Assembly (NCBI GenBank): GCA_951406725.2
Contig: OX597816.1
Coordinates: 118,482,001-118,546,000 of the forward strand
Reading direction: 5' to 3'
Length of the DNA: 64,000 nucleotides
Source of the DNA: Octopus vulgaris
Taxonomy: Eukaryota
A program made the position numbers and the translations under genes. Numbering within the stretch: position 1 is the first letter of the stretch; every line of letters begins with the position of its first letter. Below the pieces are notes generated by a model. The model was not told the origin of the DNA. It worked only from the letters and a program-made list of their open reading frames with translations, and made no database searches. Below are positions 38,333 through 51,590 of the stretch, one piece after another.

Positions 38333-38589
38333 AAATCATTACTAAAATTGGTATTATAATTTCAAGATATGGAGAGCTTTATAATTCACTCAACTATATT
38401 GCATATGTAAGAATGCCAACCAGAGACAGATTACTCTGCTCAACAAGACAAATCAATGCAAGACCCTCTACATAATTGCTTGACCTACAGCCATTAATAG
38501 CAGTTCTTCATTCAACATGGTTCCCCAACCTGTAAGAATGAGATGCAACACCTAATTTATTCATCATCTTGTGACTGGTGCAACCAATC

Positions 38590-38910
38590 ACTGTGATATT
38601 ATTCCGGATCCAGGATTTTCTTGTCTGTCTCTTCTTTGCCTTCCTTCAACAGTCTTGTGGAGAATGGTTTTGGACAGGGAGTACCACATTGAAATGCCAA
38701 GAGCTTATGTGGTGCATCTCTGTACTACATATGCTTTTGGCATTTCACTGTAGCAAGGAATGACATTTCGTCCTACAAAATTGTTTGCCTTGTGCTCTGT
38801 GAATAAGATGCATAGCAGCCTTCCATAACAGTTGCATTTGAACATCTCTATTCATTGTTTTTTATCAGCTATGAATGTCCAAATTTCACATCCAAACAAT
38901 AAAACTGAAG
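38590..38910 (-). mobile_element. Second RTE-clade LINE family ORF2 fragment
   Basis: SVLLFGCEIWTFIADKKQ*IEMFKCNCYGRLLCILFTEHKANNFV...LLATVK, matching RTE 'LLYGCETWTL..RIQAFE.KC.R..L.I...EHKTN'. Confidence 0.75.
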
Positions 38911-39719
38911 TCATTTTCATCTGAATGAACTGAAGCAACATGAAATAAAGGGTCTTGTCCAAGGACACAATGTACAAACCACTTCAGTAACTGAATCCAT
39001 GACCTTACAATAAATTGTGAGTTGAACAGCTAAACCACTAGGCTATGAACATTCACTAAATAAACAAATAAACAAACAGTGAATAAATAAAATATAATGA
39101 TACACATAGCGTTTACATAACATTTTTCTAACAATACACAAAAGCAGTCCAGTAGAAATGCTTTCCTAGACAAGCGTTATGCTACTTTAGTTTGCTAGCA
39201 TGGAGTGTTGAGAGATTCTCAAGTGAAACCTGTTCCTCTCAATAGCAACTCAACAGCAAATATTAGGGTTAAGTGGTTATAAAAAAAATTACATTGTGTA
39301 TGTAAGTTCTTGTGCATTATTATTATAATCATCATAAAAAGATTATGTCATTAGTTTGTAACTATGCTGTTTTCTAGGTTATTTAAAAATTATTTTTAAA
39401 ATAGGTCAATTTTACTGGTTCATCATTAGCAAGACTGGTGAGTTTATAGTGAGATAAGCCTTAAGACAAGCATAGTGCTATTTTGTTACTCAGGACATAA
39501 AAGAATTCTAAAAAGTAACTGAGATTTCCTATGAAATTAACCAATATTTTATAGAAATTTAAGAAGAATTTTGACACAATCCTTTATAGAATGAGAAAAT
39601 TTACTTTTAGCATCATCACTTCGCAAAAGCACAAGCAAAAATACACTCTCACACAGATAAAACATACTTACGCACACACACATACATATATTGTACACAA
39701 AAACACATGCTCGTTTACA

Positions 39720-39930
39720 AAGAAACAAAAAAATGCTCACACAAAACCTGCACTCACCATAACAACTCGTGTTCAAAGCATGCTCACACACACACAACCT
39801 GCACTCACCAAAACCTATACTCACATACAACCTGCACTCACCAAAACAACATGCACTTACACACAACCTGCACTCACCAAAACAAAGCATGCTCACACAC
39901 ATACCTTTACACAAACTCTCACCAAAACTG
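39720..39930. repeat. Irregular minisatellite with core ACAACCTGCACTCACCAAAAC
   Basis: Core repeated 4-5 times with CA-rich linkers. Confidence 0.85.
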
Positions 39931-40092
39931 TTACTCAAACACGTAAAAATATGCTCATATCAATATACACACAAGAATACAGTCTCCCCCACATATATAT
40001 GCACACATGTGTGTGGATGAGATTATGCAAACAGCATACCCCCTCACACACACAAAAAAATCACATGCACAATTCACACCAAAATATACATA

Positions 40093-40488
40093 GACGTAGG
40101 AGTGGCTGTGTGGTAAGTAGCTTGCTTACCAACCACATGGTTCTAGGTTCAGTCCCACTGCATGGCATCTTGGGCAAGTGTCTTCTACCAAAGCCTTGTG
40201 AGTGGATTTGGTAAATGGAAACTGAAAAAAGCCCGTCGTATATATATATGTATGTATGTATGTATGTGTGTGTATACATTTGTGAGTCGGTGTTTGTCCC
40301 CCAACATCGCCTGACAACTGATGCTGGCGTGTTTATGTCCCCGTAACTAAGCAGTTCGGCAAAAGAGACTGATAGAATAAGTAGTAGGCTTACAAGGAAT
40401 AAGTCCTGGGGTCGATTTGCTTGACTAAAGGCGGTGCTCCAGCATGGCCACAGTCAAATGACAGAAACAAGTAAAAGAGTAAAGAGTA
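40093..40488 (+). mobile_element. Family 1 SINE, full-length young copy
   Basis: ggagtggctgtgtggtaagtagcttgcttaccaaccacatggttctaggttcagtcccactg...ggcggtgctccagcatggccacagtcaaatgacagaaacaagtaaaagag; nearly identical to 60283-60674. Confidence 0.9.
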
Positions 40489-40831
40489 TACGCAGACATT
40501 GGGAAACGTTGCACGTGTCACCATGTTTGTTTTGTCTTGTACTAATCTGTTGTTGTTGCTGTTTCCGTAGCTCATATAACTATTTGGTTTCCAGTGTGAA
40601 AAATGAGATGATAGGATACAGGAAACAGAACACAAGGAAGTAGAAGAAAATAACACACCAAAACATGAAGTGTTGCCAACCAAAAATATATGCTAAAATA
40701 CATCTTTGAGAGATAATGTTCCAAAACAAGTATGTACAACCTGCAGCACATGCACCTCTTTATGACATTTACCATGACATATGTAATGTCACAGTTATAT
40801 AAACAGAAAAGTTCAGTTGAAATATATTATA

Positions 40832-41430
40832 GGCAAAGGCATGGCTGTGTGGAAAGAAGTTTGCTTCCAAATCACATAGTACCAAGTTCACTCCCACTGC
40901 GTGGCACCTTCAGCAGGTGTCTTCTACTATATAGCCTCAAGCTGACTAAAACCTTGTGTGTGGATTTGGTAGACGAAAACTGGAAGAAACTAGAAGCCTG
41001 ATGTGTGTGTGTGTATGTATGCGTGTCAGTCTATCTGTCTTTGTCTCCCACCACCACTTGACAACCAGTGCTGGTGTGTTTACATCCCTGAAACTTAGTG
41101 GTTCAGCAAAAGAGACCAATAGAATAAGTACCAGGCTTACCCCACAAAAACAATTAGAGACCAGGGTTGACTCCTTCGACTAAAAATTCTTCAAGGTGAT
41201 GCCCCAGCATAGCCACAAGCTTAATGGCTGAAACAAGTAAGAGATAATCTGCAGGTTCAGCTAATAGGTTTTAATGCTTTGCTTAGGTGCCCATGTGGCT
41301 GTGTGAAGAAGAATTTCACTTCCCCAACGTTTCGGGTTCTGTCCCATTATGCAGCACCTTAGGAAAGTGTCTTCTATTGGAGCCTCATGAGAGAATTTGG
41401 TAAACAGAAACTGAAAGAAGCCTATCACAT
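40832..41430 (+). mobile_element. Family 1 SINE (40832-41243) plus a second head (41293-41430)
   Basis: Same head, core and tail motifs. Confidence 0.8.
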
Positions 41431-41792
41431 TTGCACACATGTGTGTATCTGTTTTGACACCACGAAATAGTTTTAAAAAATGTCACAATCACACAAGTAA
41501 AATTCCTCATTTCCAGTCTTTCCAGTAAACATGTCTGCTTTGGTCAATACTTGATAGACAAATAGACAAACTCATTGTCTGATTGCCTTTGTGAATATTT
41601 CGCTGGGTTTTCAGCAAAAGCAGCCATGCCAGGATACCAACCAATTAAATGTAGGCTTAACATATATAATGAAGAATCCAACACCAATGACACAGTTATT
41701 TCCAATAGTACAAGCACAAGTAACTAAGTATTTTCTGGTACGAATATTATCTCGAGATAAGTTACTAGTTATCCCAACAACATAGTTACAAG

Positions 41793-42021
41793 TTTAATCC
41801 TCTAGCATTTAGATTACTCTGCCAAATATAATGCTTATTTATACACATTGTCTTGAATTAATCATGCATTATCTCATAGCTTTGAGATTTCAATGATGTG
41901 ATTGTTTACTGTTAGAATGACATTGTAGTGTGGGTGCAAGAAGCAGGATCTGGTCAGTAAATACATAAAACAGATAGAAGATTTGGGCTGGGTATGGCCA
42001 GTTTAAATGCTAAAAGGTTAT
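41793..42021 (-). mobile_element. piggyBac-like MITE (family A)
   Basis: ttaatcctctagcatttagattactctg...gtttaaatgctaaaaggtta. Confidence 0.75.
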
Positions 42022-42305
42022 GTGTTATTCAAATAACAGTTTCTAGTTTAAATGTTATCCCCAACAAGACAGTTACTAATGTAATTGTTGGTCATGTTGC
42101 AAACAATTCACTCAAATGGGAATGGAGACAGTATCTTTCCCCTCTTTTGTTATATACAAGATAGAGCAAGAATACATATAATTTAAAATAACTTCTAAAT
42201 TAACTAAACACAGATCTGGAACATTATAGCATCAGTGCACATATTATACACACAGATATACATATAATAATGTGTATATTTAATGTATATTTATCAATAT
42301 TTACA

Positions 42306-42370
<65 letters not shown>

Positions 42371-42779
42371 TACACACACATATCTACGTACAAGCTTATC
42401 ACTTACAGCAGCGATGCACATAGCTACATCAAATCAAGAATGCTGACCAAAAAAAAAATTCTTTTTTTTTATTTGGTTTTTGCGTAAATCTAACCGATAG
42501 TCTTGTCAATGCTCCAAGAGAGGATATATTATTGTCTGATAAGAACACTAAGTGCAAGTCAATATCTGATAGACTGCAGCTGCCGCTGCTGATGCTGATA
42601 TGAGATGCTGAACCAAATAAAAACAGAAAGATAACCCAATAGTCAGCATTTTCTAATTAACTTTAGTATTTTGATGTTAATCCTTTACATACCTATGAGT
42701 ATATGTTTTTGTAGGATTTGAAAACCATCAGAATAGGTTGTCATATCTACTACACATAAACAAGTTCAATTGTCTACTT

Positions 42780-43642
42780 TATCTACTGCTGGCCTGTCAT
42801 GATCTTTCTATTGCTTGTCTTGTGTTCAGGTATCCTCCTTTGGCATGTGTGCACAGACACTTCTCCAGTGTTCACCACTTCACTTCGTGATGGCTTAACA
42901 GCCCTTACCATTTGTTTTTACTGTTTTGTTCTTACTGTCCTGTTTTTGTTACCACTTTAACCCTCCGCAAACCACAAATTTTATTTTAATTTGCTTTGCG
43001 GGAACGACTGTTTTAACGAAGTTGTGTCTTGTCTCAACATTTGAAATGCAGAGTAGATAAAACAGTGGACAACTGATGAAGGGCTTGTTCTTTATGTTGC
43101 CTGTCTCGTTTCTCAATATTTCTTTCGTCGTTCAAAAACAAAAGTTCATTTTGCATGTTTTTGCTTTTTATGCTCTCGGTTTTCATTTTGTTCACGTTTT
43201 TTTTATGTCCTGTACCCATATATGCATGTATATATACATATATATGTAGGTATGCACATATATGTATGTATATATGCATATATATATATATATATATATA
43301 TATTATTTATATTATTATATGATCAAATGCCATGCATCCATTTCCAAATAAGTTTTATCTTAATAATTCTGATGTGCACTCTACAAAATACCTCCTTCCC
43401 CTTTATTCTTCGTCTTTCTTTCTTCTCCTCCTCCCTTCACTGTTCTCTTTCTCTCCCTCTCCCTCTCTCTCACTCTCCCTCCTTGACTCTCTCGTTGCTC
43501 ACATGTGACCAGAGGCTATCTTTCTCTTTCTTCCTCTTGCTTTACAAGAGACAAGACATACTTTTGCCTGTTTCTTGTCAAGATCATTTCTCCAGAATTC
43601 ACCACTTCACCTCGTGATGGCTTAACCCTTATTTGTTTTTAC
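42780..43642 (+). mobile_element. Decayed pseudo-LTR-like repeat with direct repeat and degenerate hammerhead
   Basis: ttctccag..ttcaccacttcac.tcgtgatggcttaac..ccctta..tttgtttttac occurs at 42861-42921 and 43588-43642; hammerhead-like motif at 43007-43066. Confidence 0.45.
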
Positions 43643-43764
43643 AGAAGGGTTTTTAAAATGTAAAAAATAAGATTAAGTTTATCTGTGGAAAGAAAAGCCT
43701 AAGGAAAAGACCACAGTAACTTCAGAAGCAAACAGGCAGGCAGGCACGCACACACACACGCACG

Positions 43765-43796
<32 letters not shown>

Positions 43797-44311
43797 TACA
43801 TACATACATACATACATACATACACACATACATATTATTTAATGTTAGATGCCATCAGAGTGCACAAGGAAATGTTGGTTTGCATGAATTTATGGCCTCT
43901 TTGAGGCGGTAACTGATGAGAAATTGAAGATTTTCCAGAAAGGTTTCTCATGTGAAAAATCAAGTTTATAGGATTACACTTGATCCATCGTTCATACTTA
44001 GAGGCACTCATACTAGAGAGAAACAGACTTGTCACAAATAAAACTAATACATATGATCAATCCCATACTTAGATATTGAGTGTTCTGAAAAATTCACTTC
44101 TTTTCACATATACAAATATTTATGAATTTCTAGGGAACAAAACACTATAGCAGCTATAGCTGCTTCTATCTCAATTAGCAAATAATGGTCATTATAAAGA
44201 CATTATTGTCAAATGTTTTTTTCAGTTGTGGCTTCATACAACAATAATAGTGCCTTTATTAAAGATCTTTAAAAAAAAAAAAGAAATAGCTTCATAAACA
44301 CCTTCTAGTCA

Positions 44312-44663
44312 CATGGCAGTATGGTAATAAGACATTTGATTCCCAAACACATGGTTCCAGTCAGACTCAGTTCCACCGTATGGCACCTTGAGCAAGAATC
44401 TTCTATAATGCAACAGTGGACTGACCAAAGTCTTGTCAGTTGATTTGGGGAACGAAAACAAAAAGAAGTGTGTGTGTGTGATCACTGCTTAGCAACTGGT
44501 GTTGGTTTATTTACATTCCTATAACTTAGTAGTTCAACAAAAAGAGATAGATAGAATAACCACCAGGCTTAAAAAATAAGAATTGGAGGTTAATTTGTTA
44601 AACTTTTCAAGGCTGTGCTCCAGGATGACTGCAATTCAGTAACTGAAGCAAGTAGAAGATAAA
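44312..44663 (+). mobile_element. Family 1 SINE, decayed
   Basis: Head, core and tail motifs recognisable. Confidence 0.7.
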
Positions 44664-44666
44664 ATA

Positions 44667-45099
44667 TTAATCTCTTGTTAAATTTCTCCTAAAATACACT
44701 TTTTAATAACATTTGAGAAAAATAAGCATTCAGTAATATACCTTTGTCAATATTATAATGGTGTTTAGAACTTATATTAACATGAAATTTCGATGGACAG
44801 TTTTAATTGAGATCACTCCTTTTAGTATTTAAACCATATCCAGCCCAAATATTCTACCGCTTTATGTTCAAGCAAGCCAGATCTGGCCTCGCACACCTAA
44901 CCTATAATGTCATTCTAAAATTAAACACTTGCATCATTGAAATCTTGTAGCTACAAAGTAGTGCATGATTAATTCAAAACAATGTGAGTAAATAAGCAAT
45001 ACATTTGACAGAGTAACCTGAATATTGAAGAGTTAAACAGGAACATTATATCATGCCACCAGGAGCTCTTCTCAGATGAGTTGGTGCCAAAGGGGTTAA
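44667..45099. mobile_element. piggyBac-like MITE B (minus) with MITE A (plus, ~44818-45036) nested at an internal TTAA
   Basis: The B sequence gatcact|..|ttaaacaggaa is interrupted by a complete A body; B ends ccaaaggggTTAA. Confidence 0.75.
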
Positions 45100-46227
45100 A
45101 TCAGTGTCAAGATCAGTTAATAAGCAACTACATTAGAGGTAGAGGTCAGTGACCTAACAAACCTTATTAAAGCTAGAGAGAAGAGAAAGACTGCAATGCA
45201 GAAAGCCTTTACAATGATACACACTTAACTAGTGACCAACACTTAAATCCCTACTTAATACTTTAATCATTTGCAACAAGCAACTGGAGACTGTTTGTGT
45301 ATATGTGTGCATTACATATATATGTGCCTGTGCAAAACATGTGTATGTACATATGTCATTGTTCAGTTTTATTTAAAGATTTCTTGCCAATAGAAAAAGA
45401 GACAGTTTCTAACGTAGATCCAAGATGCCTTTATTGGAATTTCAACATCAACAACATGTGTGTATGCATGTGTGTGTAGGTGGGGGTGAATGGTTAGGGA
45501 TATTAGATCCAGGCTGGCGTTGTTCAAGCGGTCTAGTATAAATCCTTAGTTCTGGTTAACCATGTCAAGTGATATGGTTTGTTTACATCCCTGTGACTTA
45601 GTCCAGCAAAAGGATAACAAGATAGCCATGCAGCAGAAGCATATGTCTGATAGAGGTTTAAAGAGAATATACTGTATACAAGACTGTATAGATGTATAAT
45701 TCCCTATTTTTATGTTAATGTGTTGTGTGTGTATGTATATATATATATATATATATTGAAACGTTGACGTACTCAAACGATCTATGCACTTGTGATATTT
45801 TTCAGTATGTGGCAAAGTAATTTATTTTACTAAGCCCTAATTATATAATGTAAAATTTTATATATATATATATATATATATAAGTGCACACATCTCTAAA
45901 CACACTGTTGCAGATGAATAGTAGTGGATATTTTGCACAAGTATCCAGTTGTAAATGTTGATAAAGATACATATTATTATTAAATGGTGAGATAAAAAAA
46001 AAAAAAGGTTAACTGAAATGCATTGTAGCATTATTATGATGATTAACTGAAATACATGCCATAATTAATCTCATTGAAAAGAGAAAGAGAGAGACGTCAT
46101 CTCTACAATTATTCACCAGCTGTTTCTCTTTTAGATCCCCCAAGAGAATCAATCAATCAGTAAAACAAATTTCCTGAATTTATGTAAACTATGAATATAA
46201 TGACTGATTGCATAACCCGTTTTCTTT

Positions 46228-46600
46228 CATCTTTCACTCATTACAGTCACTGAACTGCAGCACTGCCTCAAAGGATTTTAGTTAAAGAAATCGAGTCCCA
46301 GTACTTATTTTTTTAAGTCTGGTATTATTCAATCAGAATCCTTTACTAAACCACGAAGATATGAAGATGTAAACAAACCAGCACTGGTTGTTAAATATGA
46401 GAGGAGGGAGCACAAACACACAAACATGTATGACAGCTTTCCACAGTTTCCTTCCACTAAATTCACCCACAAGACAGTGGTCAGCCCTGGACTATAGTAA
46501 AAAGAAAGAAAGGAAAACGCCCAAAAGTGTCATGCTGCGAAATTGAACCTGAAACCACAAGGTTGAAAAGCAAGCTTTTTAACCACTAAGCCACACTTGT
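46228..46600 (-). mobile_element. Family 1 SINE, decayed
   Basis: Reverse complement head gaacctgaaaccacaaggttgaaaagcaagctttttaaccac. Confidence 0.65.
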
Positions 46601-46713
46601 GCTATTAATGATGAAACCAAAAAATCTATATACACTCAGTGGGGGCAAAGATCATCATAGGAACTATACTGAAATCTAGAATGGACATTCAGTATGTACA
46701 TGTATATAGACAT

Positions 46714-46904
46714 ATGGCACGTAAAAAGCACCAACCGATCGTGGCTGTTGCCAGCCTCCTGGCCCCTGTGCCAGTGGCACGTAAAAAGCACCCACTACAC
46801 TCACAGAGTGGTTGGCATTAGGAAGGGCATCCAGCTGTAGAAACACTGCCAGATCAGACTGGAGCCTGTGCATGGAAAACAGACATTAAATGATGATGAT
46901 GATG
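46714..46904 (+). mobile_element. RTE-tailed SINE (family 3)
   Basis: Duplicated tggcacgtaaaaagcacc units, conserved tail and (gat)n. Confidence 0.85.
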
Positions 46905-48074
46905 ATATATCAATCCATATACTATCACAACACATGAAACAGCAGTTGTAAACAGACCAGCAATAAAGAATCTGTGATGTTAAAACCAGCTGTCCTAAAT
47001 GAACGTCACTGACAAATCCTACAAACACAAAATGAGAACCTATAAATCCACAAAACTAATGTAATGAATTGTATCATTAATTAGATAATGGTAATATACT
47101 AATTATACCAGAGAATTAGAACTTACTGGGAGACCAAACCACTAAGCCTAAAAACCTTCACAACAGATAGAAAAAAATACATATTAAAAGAACCATACAT
47201 TAAGTCAAATTATAAAAATGTCCAGATAAAAAAGATGGGAAAAAAGGGGGGGAGAGGATTAGAGAGGATTTGCTTCACAAGAGTTTTAAATTATAATGAG
47301 ATGGGAAAACAGGAAAAACAGACATTACACCTATTAACGAGAGTATTTTCATGCAATTGTTTGAGTCTGTAGGTGTTTAATTAGATGAAGAGGATCACAT
47401 AATTCTCTGATAATAACTAAAACGTTTTAATAAAATAATTTGTATTCAGAAATACACATACCTAGTTTTTAACTTTACTATTATGTAATAAATTATAACC
47501 TATTTTATTTTATTTCTTCAATTTTATTTATAGCTTTCAATTTTTGTTGTTGTTTAGTCCCAGGTCATCACTGATTAAATAGATCTCATTATTCAATATG
47601 AATTTCCTACATTTAAATAGTAGAGCATGAATATAGGAGACACTTGGCTGCTATTTCTAACAGGACAAGCAACTGCATTTGAGGTTCACTCAGCTTGTTT
47701 TGTGTCACAAACTAGTACAGTTGAGAAAGTATTAACACTTGTGTACAAGCAAACAGAGCACACAAACATGTACAGACAAACAAACACGCTTTTTCTCGAA
47801 GGAAAGGCATAACAAAAACAGATCTCATTAAATGTATTCTAATATTGAAAATGTTATCTAGGAACTGTCAACATTAATATCAAGAATGTAATATGTCCAT
47901 CCCAGATTTCAGAATGTTTATACCCTTCTTATCATCATGCAGTCAACTCGTACAATAACAGCTAGCAAATACTTGAGACAGTTACTTAACCTGCTAGAAA
48001 AAGCAACCAAATCTCCTTCAAACCACACTCTGCCATCTTAAATAAGGAAACGAGACATACATCTGTAGCAATAC

Positions 48075-48434
48075 TTGAACACCTCATCAATGTCATATCC
48101 TGAATCACTGGATATTTCAAATCTTGCAGCATATACTCTTATCCAGGTGATCTGACTTAGGTTGATCCAGCCTAGGTCTGGCTCAAAGCCTAGGCTTCTA
48201 CAGACCGCCCCCCACACACACACACACCATGACCACGTTTTCAGCTAGATGCTTTTTTAGCAGTCTCCACATTGTTCTTGGTGGCTCTTCTTTTGCCTGT
48301 TCCTGCAACATCCAGGGCTCCATAGGCCTTAGTCAGGGATCAAATTGCAAAACCTCATGCCCAACACTATTGCAAAACTTAAACCTCCATCCATTTTTGT
48401 GACAGTCCTCCACCAAATTCCTGGTACTTAGCGC
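48075..48434 (-). mobile_element. Hero-like RLE LINE 3' end (decayed)
   Basis: AKYQE/LVEDCHKNGWR...VG/GFAI*SLTKAYGALDVAGTGKRRATKNNVETAKKASS* resembles Hero 'KY..LV..C...GW...EVGCRGF...A...LG..G...RRA....EAAE.ASRW'; 3' UTR ggatcaacc...gatcacctgg...attgatgaggtgttc. Confidence 0.7.
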
Positions 48435-48457
48435 ACACACACAAACACACACCCTCC

Positions 48458-48835
48458 GTCATCATCATCATCCATTTTTCCAAGCTAGCACGGGCTAGAT
48501 GGTTTGACTGGAGCTGGTAAGCTGCACTGGGCTCTGGTTTGTTTGGGCTTGATTTCTACAGCTCAATGCCCTTCCCAATGCCAACCACTCCACAGAGCAT
48601 TACTGGCTGTCTTTTGCATGTCACCAGCACTGGTCATGGCTACAAATTTCACTTTGCTTCTACACACACACACACACCATGGACTCTTTTTTACTTTCTA
48701 TGTTCCTAATCCACTCACAAGACATTGGTCAGTCTTTGCCAAGACAATGCTTGCCAAAGGTGCAATGCAATAGGACTAAACTCAAAACCATGTGGTTGCA
48801 AAGCAGACTTCTTAACCACATAGCCATGCTTGTGC
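48458..48835 (-). mobile_element. Family 3 SINE fragment (48458-48640) and family 1 SINE head (48680-48835)
   Basis: Reverse complement tail and head motifs. Confidence 0.7.
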
Positions 48836-49456
48836 CTGTTAAATATCTAGATGATTTGTTATATTTTAAACAAAGTATGCGGATTTCATAATAGAATGTG
48901 ATACAAATATAAAGACATAAGGCTTAATAATGAAATTAGCGTTAATACTTCTGGTATAAATAAATGTAATCACATTCAAGTTAAAAGGTTCAGTGATATA
49001 ATGGAAATTACAGAGCTGGGAACAGTTTTTTACATTTGTTTTTTTTTTTATTACCTTTCTGTGATGTAGTATCTAACTGACATTGTGATTGGTAATGAAG
49101 TATCTGATTTACTAGCCATGCTTGTAGTCTGACTGACTGCTGAGCCAAAGAATCTCTCGTGTTATTGACAAACTGGAGCCAAATATCTTTTTGACCAAAA
49201 ACTTTACTTGCTAGGAATGACTTGGAGTGCTTTGCTTTGTTTACATGGTCATCTTAGTTATTTCGAAGGTTCTGTCATGCAAAAGACACATATTAAACTT
49301 TGTTGGCTTGAGGAGAGCTTAGGAACAAAAAGTGGGTGTCGAATAGAATTTAGTTTTGTAAAAGCTTGACATAATCATTTGTTAGGTTGTTATGCTACAG
49401 TACAGCTTAACAACCATTTGTTTTGTTAACAGATTGTTGCTGATAAATCTACTAAG

Positions 49457-49832
49457 TGCAGGCATGGCTGTGAGGTAAGTAGCTTGCTTCTCAACCACAT
49501 GGTTCTGGGTTCAGTCCCACTGTGTGGTACCATGGGCAAGTGTCTTCTACAATAGCCTCAGGCTGAGCAAAGCTTTGCAAGTAAATTTGCTGGACAGAAA
49601 CTGAAAGAAGCCCATCATGTGTGTGTGTATTGTCCCCCACCACCTCTTGACAACTGGTATTGGTGTACTTATGCCCCTGTAACTTAGAAGTTTGGCAAGA
49701 GAAACCAATAGAATAAGAACCAGGCTTTAGGGGGGGAAAGCCTGGGGTTGATGTGTTCGACTAAAGCCCTTCAAAGCAATGCCCCAGCATGGCCACAGTC
49801 AAATGACTGAAACAAATAAAAGATAAAAAGAT
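49457..49832 (+). mobile_element. Family 1 SINE, full length
   Basis: gcaggcatggctgtgaggtaagtagcttgcttctcaaccacatggttctgggttcagtccc...gactgaaacaaataaaagat. Confidence 0.85.
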
Positions 49833-51157
49833 GAAAGAAAAGCAATAATTTCTATAGTGTTCAATGAAGGAAAAATTAAATGAAAACGTGCGAGTTTGGT
49901 TCTCTGACCCAACACATCTGCTACACACATTTTCTTCTCACCAAATCTATGTCTCCTCCAACAACCTTACGTTAAACACTTTACCCTTGCTTCCCAGCTA
50001 TCTGGAATTCTCTCCTTTATGCACCAACCAACCAACAAATTTTCAAAGTGATCCTCCACTATATCATTTTCATGTGGTGGGCACTGTCCCCCATTATCTA
50101 CTAAATAGTAATAAAAGTAGCTTACTATTTCATCCATCAATCATCCTAACAGTTTCACACCACCATCTTGTCTCTGTCTTTGCAGCAACCACTCTCTCTC
50201 TAAACAATCAGCCACATTCTCAAACTAATCCACACTCGTTCTATCCACTAACTAAATACAGCCACAAAGATTACAATATCATTACCAATTCTATACAGGA
50301 TGTAGACACACACATGGACATTTCAAAATATTGTGGAGTAAAAGGAAGCTATTAAAAATAATCATGATTCCTCTAACTCCAATAATGGACACCTCTCTCT
50401 CTCTCTCTCTCTCTCTCTCGGTTCACATACTGGACTGTTTAATGAATGGTGGGGAAGTGTCATTTCCTTTGAAACTGTTTACACACATGTGTGCATATAC
50501 ACATATACACAGTTATATACACTCACAAGTAATACACACGTAAATAATATATACACATACAAGTGACAAAATTTCCTTCAGCTAGTCTATTATCACAGAC
50601 CTGTTACTTCCCTCAAGCAACAGACATTATCATTTATTTGTTCTATTTCTTTCAGTTCTGAAACCTTTCCTCTACTTCTTGTGATAACTATTCAAGAGAA
50701 AATCAAATTTAAAATCTTGCAAAATAATGTTAAGTTAATAGAGGGAGACAGAAGAGACAAAAGATTACAAAATAATTAAATAACTCCTTTGAACTCTCCA
50801 CTACTTCAGAATAATTATGAAATAGTTTCTTATTCAATCATGTATTGGCTAAGTTTACATCCATTTTTTCCAAACTATCAATGATAGTAATTTCTTTTTT
50901 CTTTACAAATTTTCATTTTTGTATATTGTTGGAGCAATTGTATTTACAATTGGAAACCTTTCTTAACAACTAACCTTTCTTAATGTTTAAACCATCTCTG
51001 GAACTTCTTGTCAAGTTGTTGACAGAATTAACAGTTATACACTTACCCAGAGTCACCATAACAATGTAAAAATTTTCTGTACAGAATGAACTTTGATCAA
51101 TTTCAGTGAATTATTGTTCCATCAATTAGCAGAATAATCTATACTTTGAATTATGGT

Positions 51158-51590
51158 TTAACCCATTAGCACTGAGAATACTCTGTCTCAAATGTATTGT
51201 TTATTTATTCACATTACTTTGAATTATCATACCTTACAGCTTTAGAGATTTCGATGATGTGATTGCTTATTTATAGAATATCTGTAGGATAGGTGTGAGA
51301 GACTGGATCTCTTTGGTTTAAACATAAAACAGGCGGAATATTTAGGTTGGATATGACCAGTTTTGTTACTGTATTTATTTTGAGATGCTCTGTGTTTCTT
51401 TCAATTATTTTAAATATAACAAAGAATTTAGTAAAATAACTTAATTATCATTAAGTTAGTGTTAGGGACATAAATTGAGACTAAGGTTTGGTGGAAGATT
51501 TTAATTCAAAACTTATGAAAACAGGACATTTGTACTACAGAGCCGGTTTCAGCTGGGTTGGTAATGAAGGGGTTAAATGCTAAAGGGTAA
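51158..51590 (-). mobile_element. piggyBac-like MITE A with a B-type MITE (~51361-51576) nested at a TTAA
   Basis: The A end gatatgaccag|..|TTAAatgctaaaggg is interrupted by ttttgttactgtatttatttt...gggttggtaatgaagggg. Confidence 0.75.

Noticed and set aside
39720-39930. CRISPR-like array (21-bp repeat with variable linkers)
   Set aside because: Linkers are short, related and CA-rich; eukaryotic context with no cas genes.
39591-40214. Longest ORF (207 aa, TQPALTKT repeats) as a gene
   Set aside because: It runs through a CA-rich minisatellite into a SINE head and is open because of low complexity.
49864-50355. 163-aa ORF
   Set aside because: C/A-biased sequence, no recognisable domain or splice structure.
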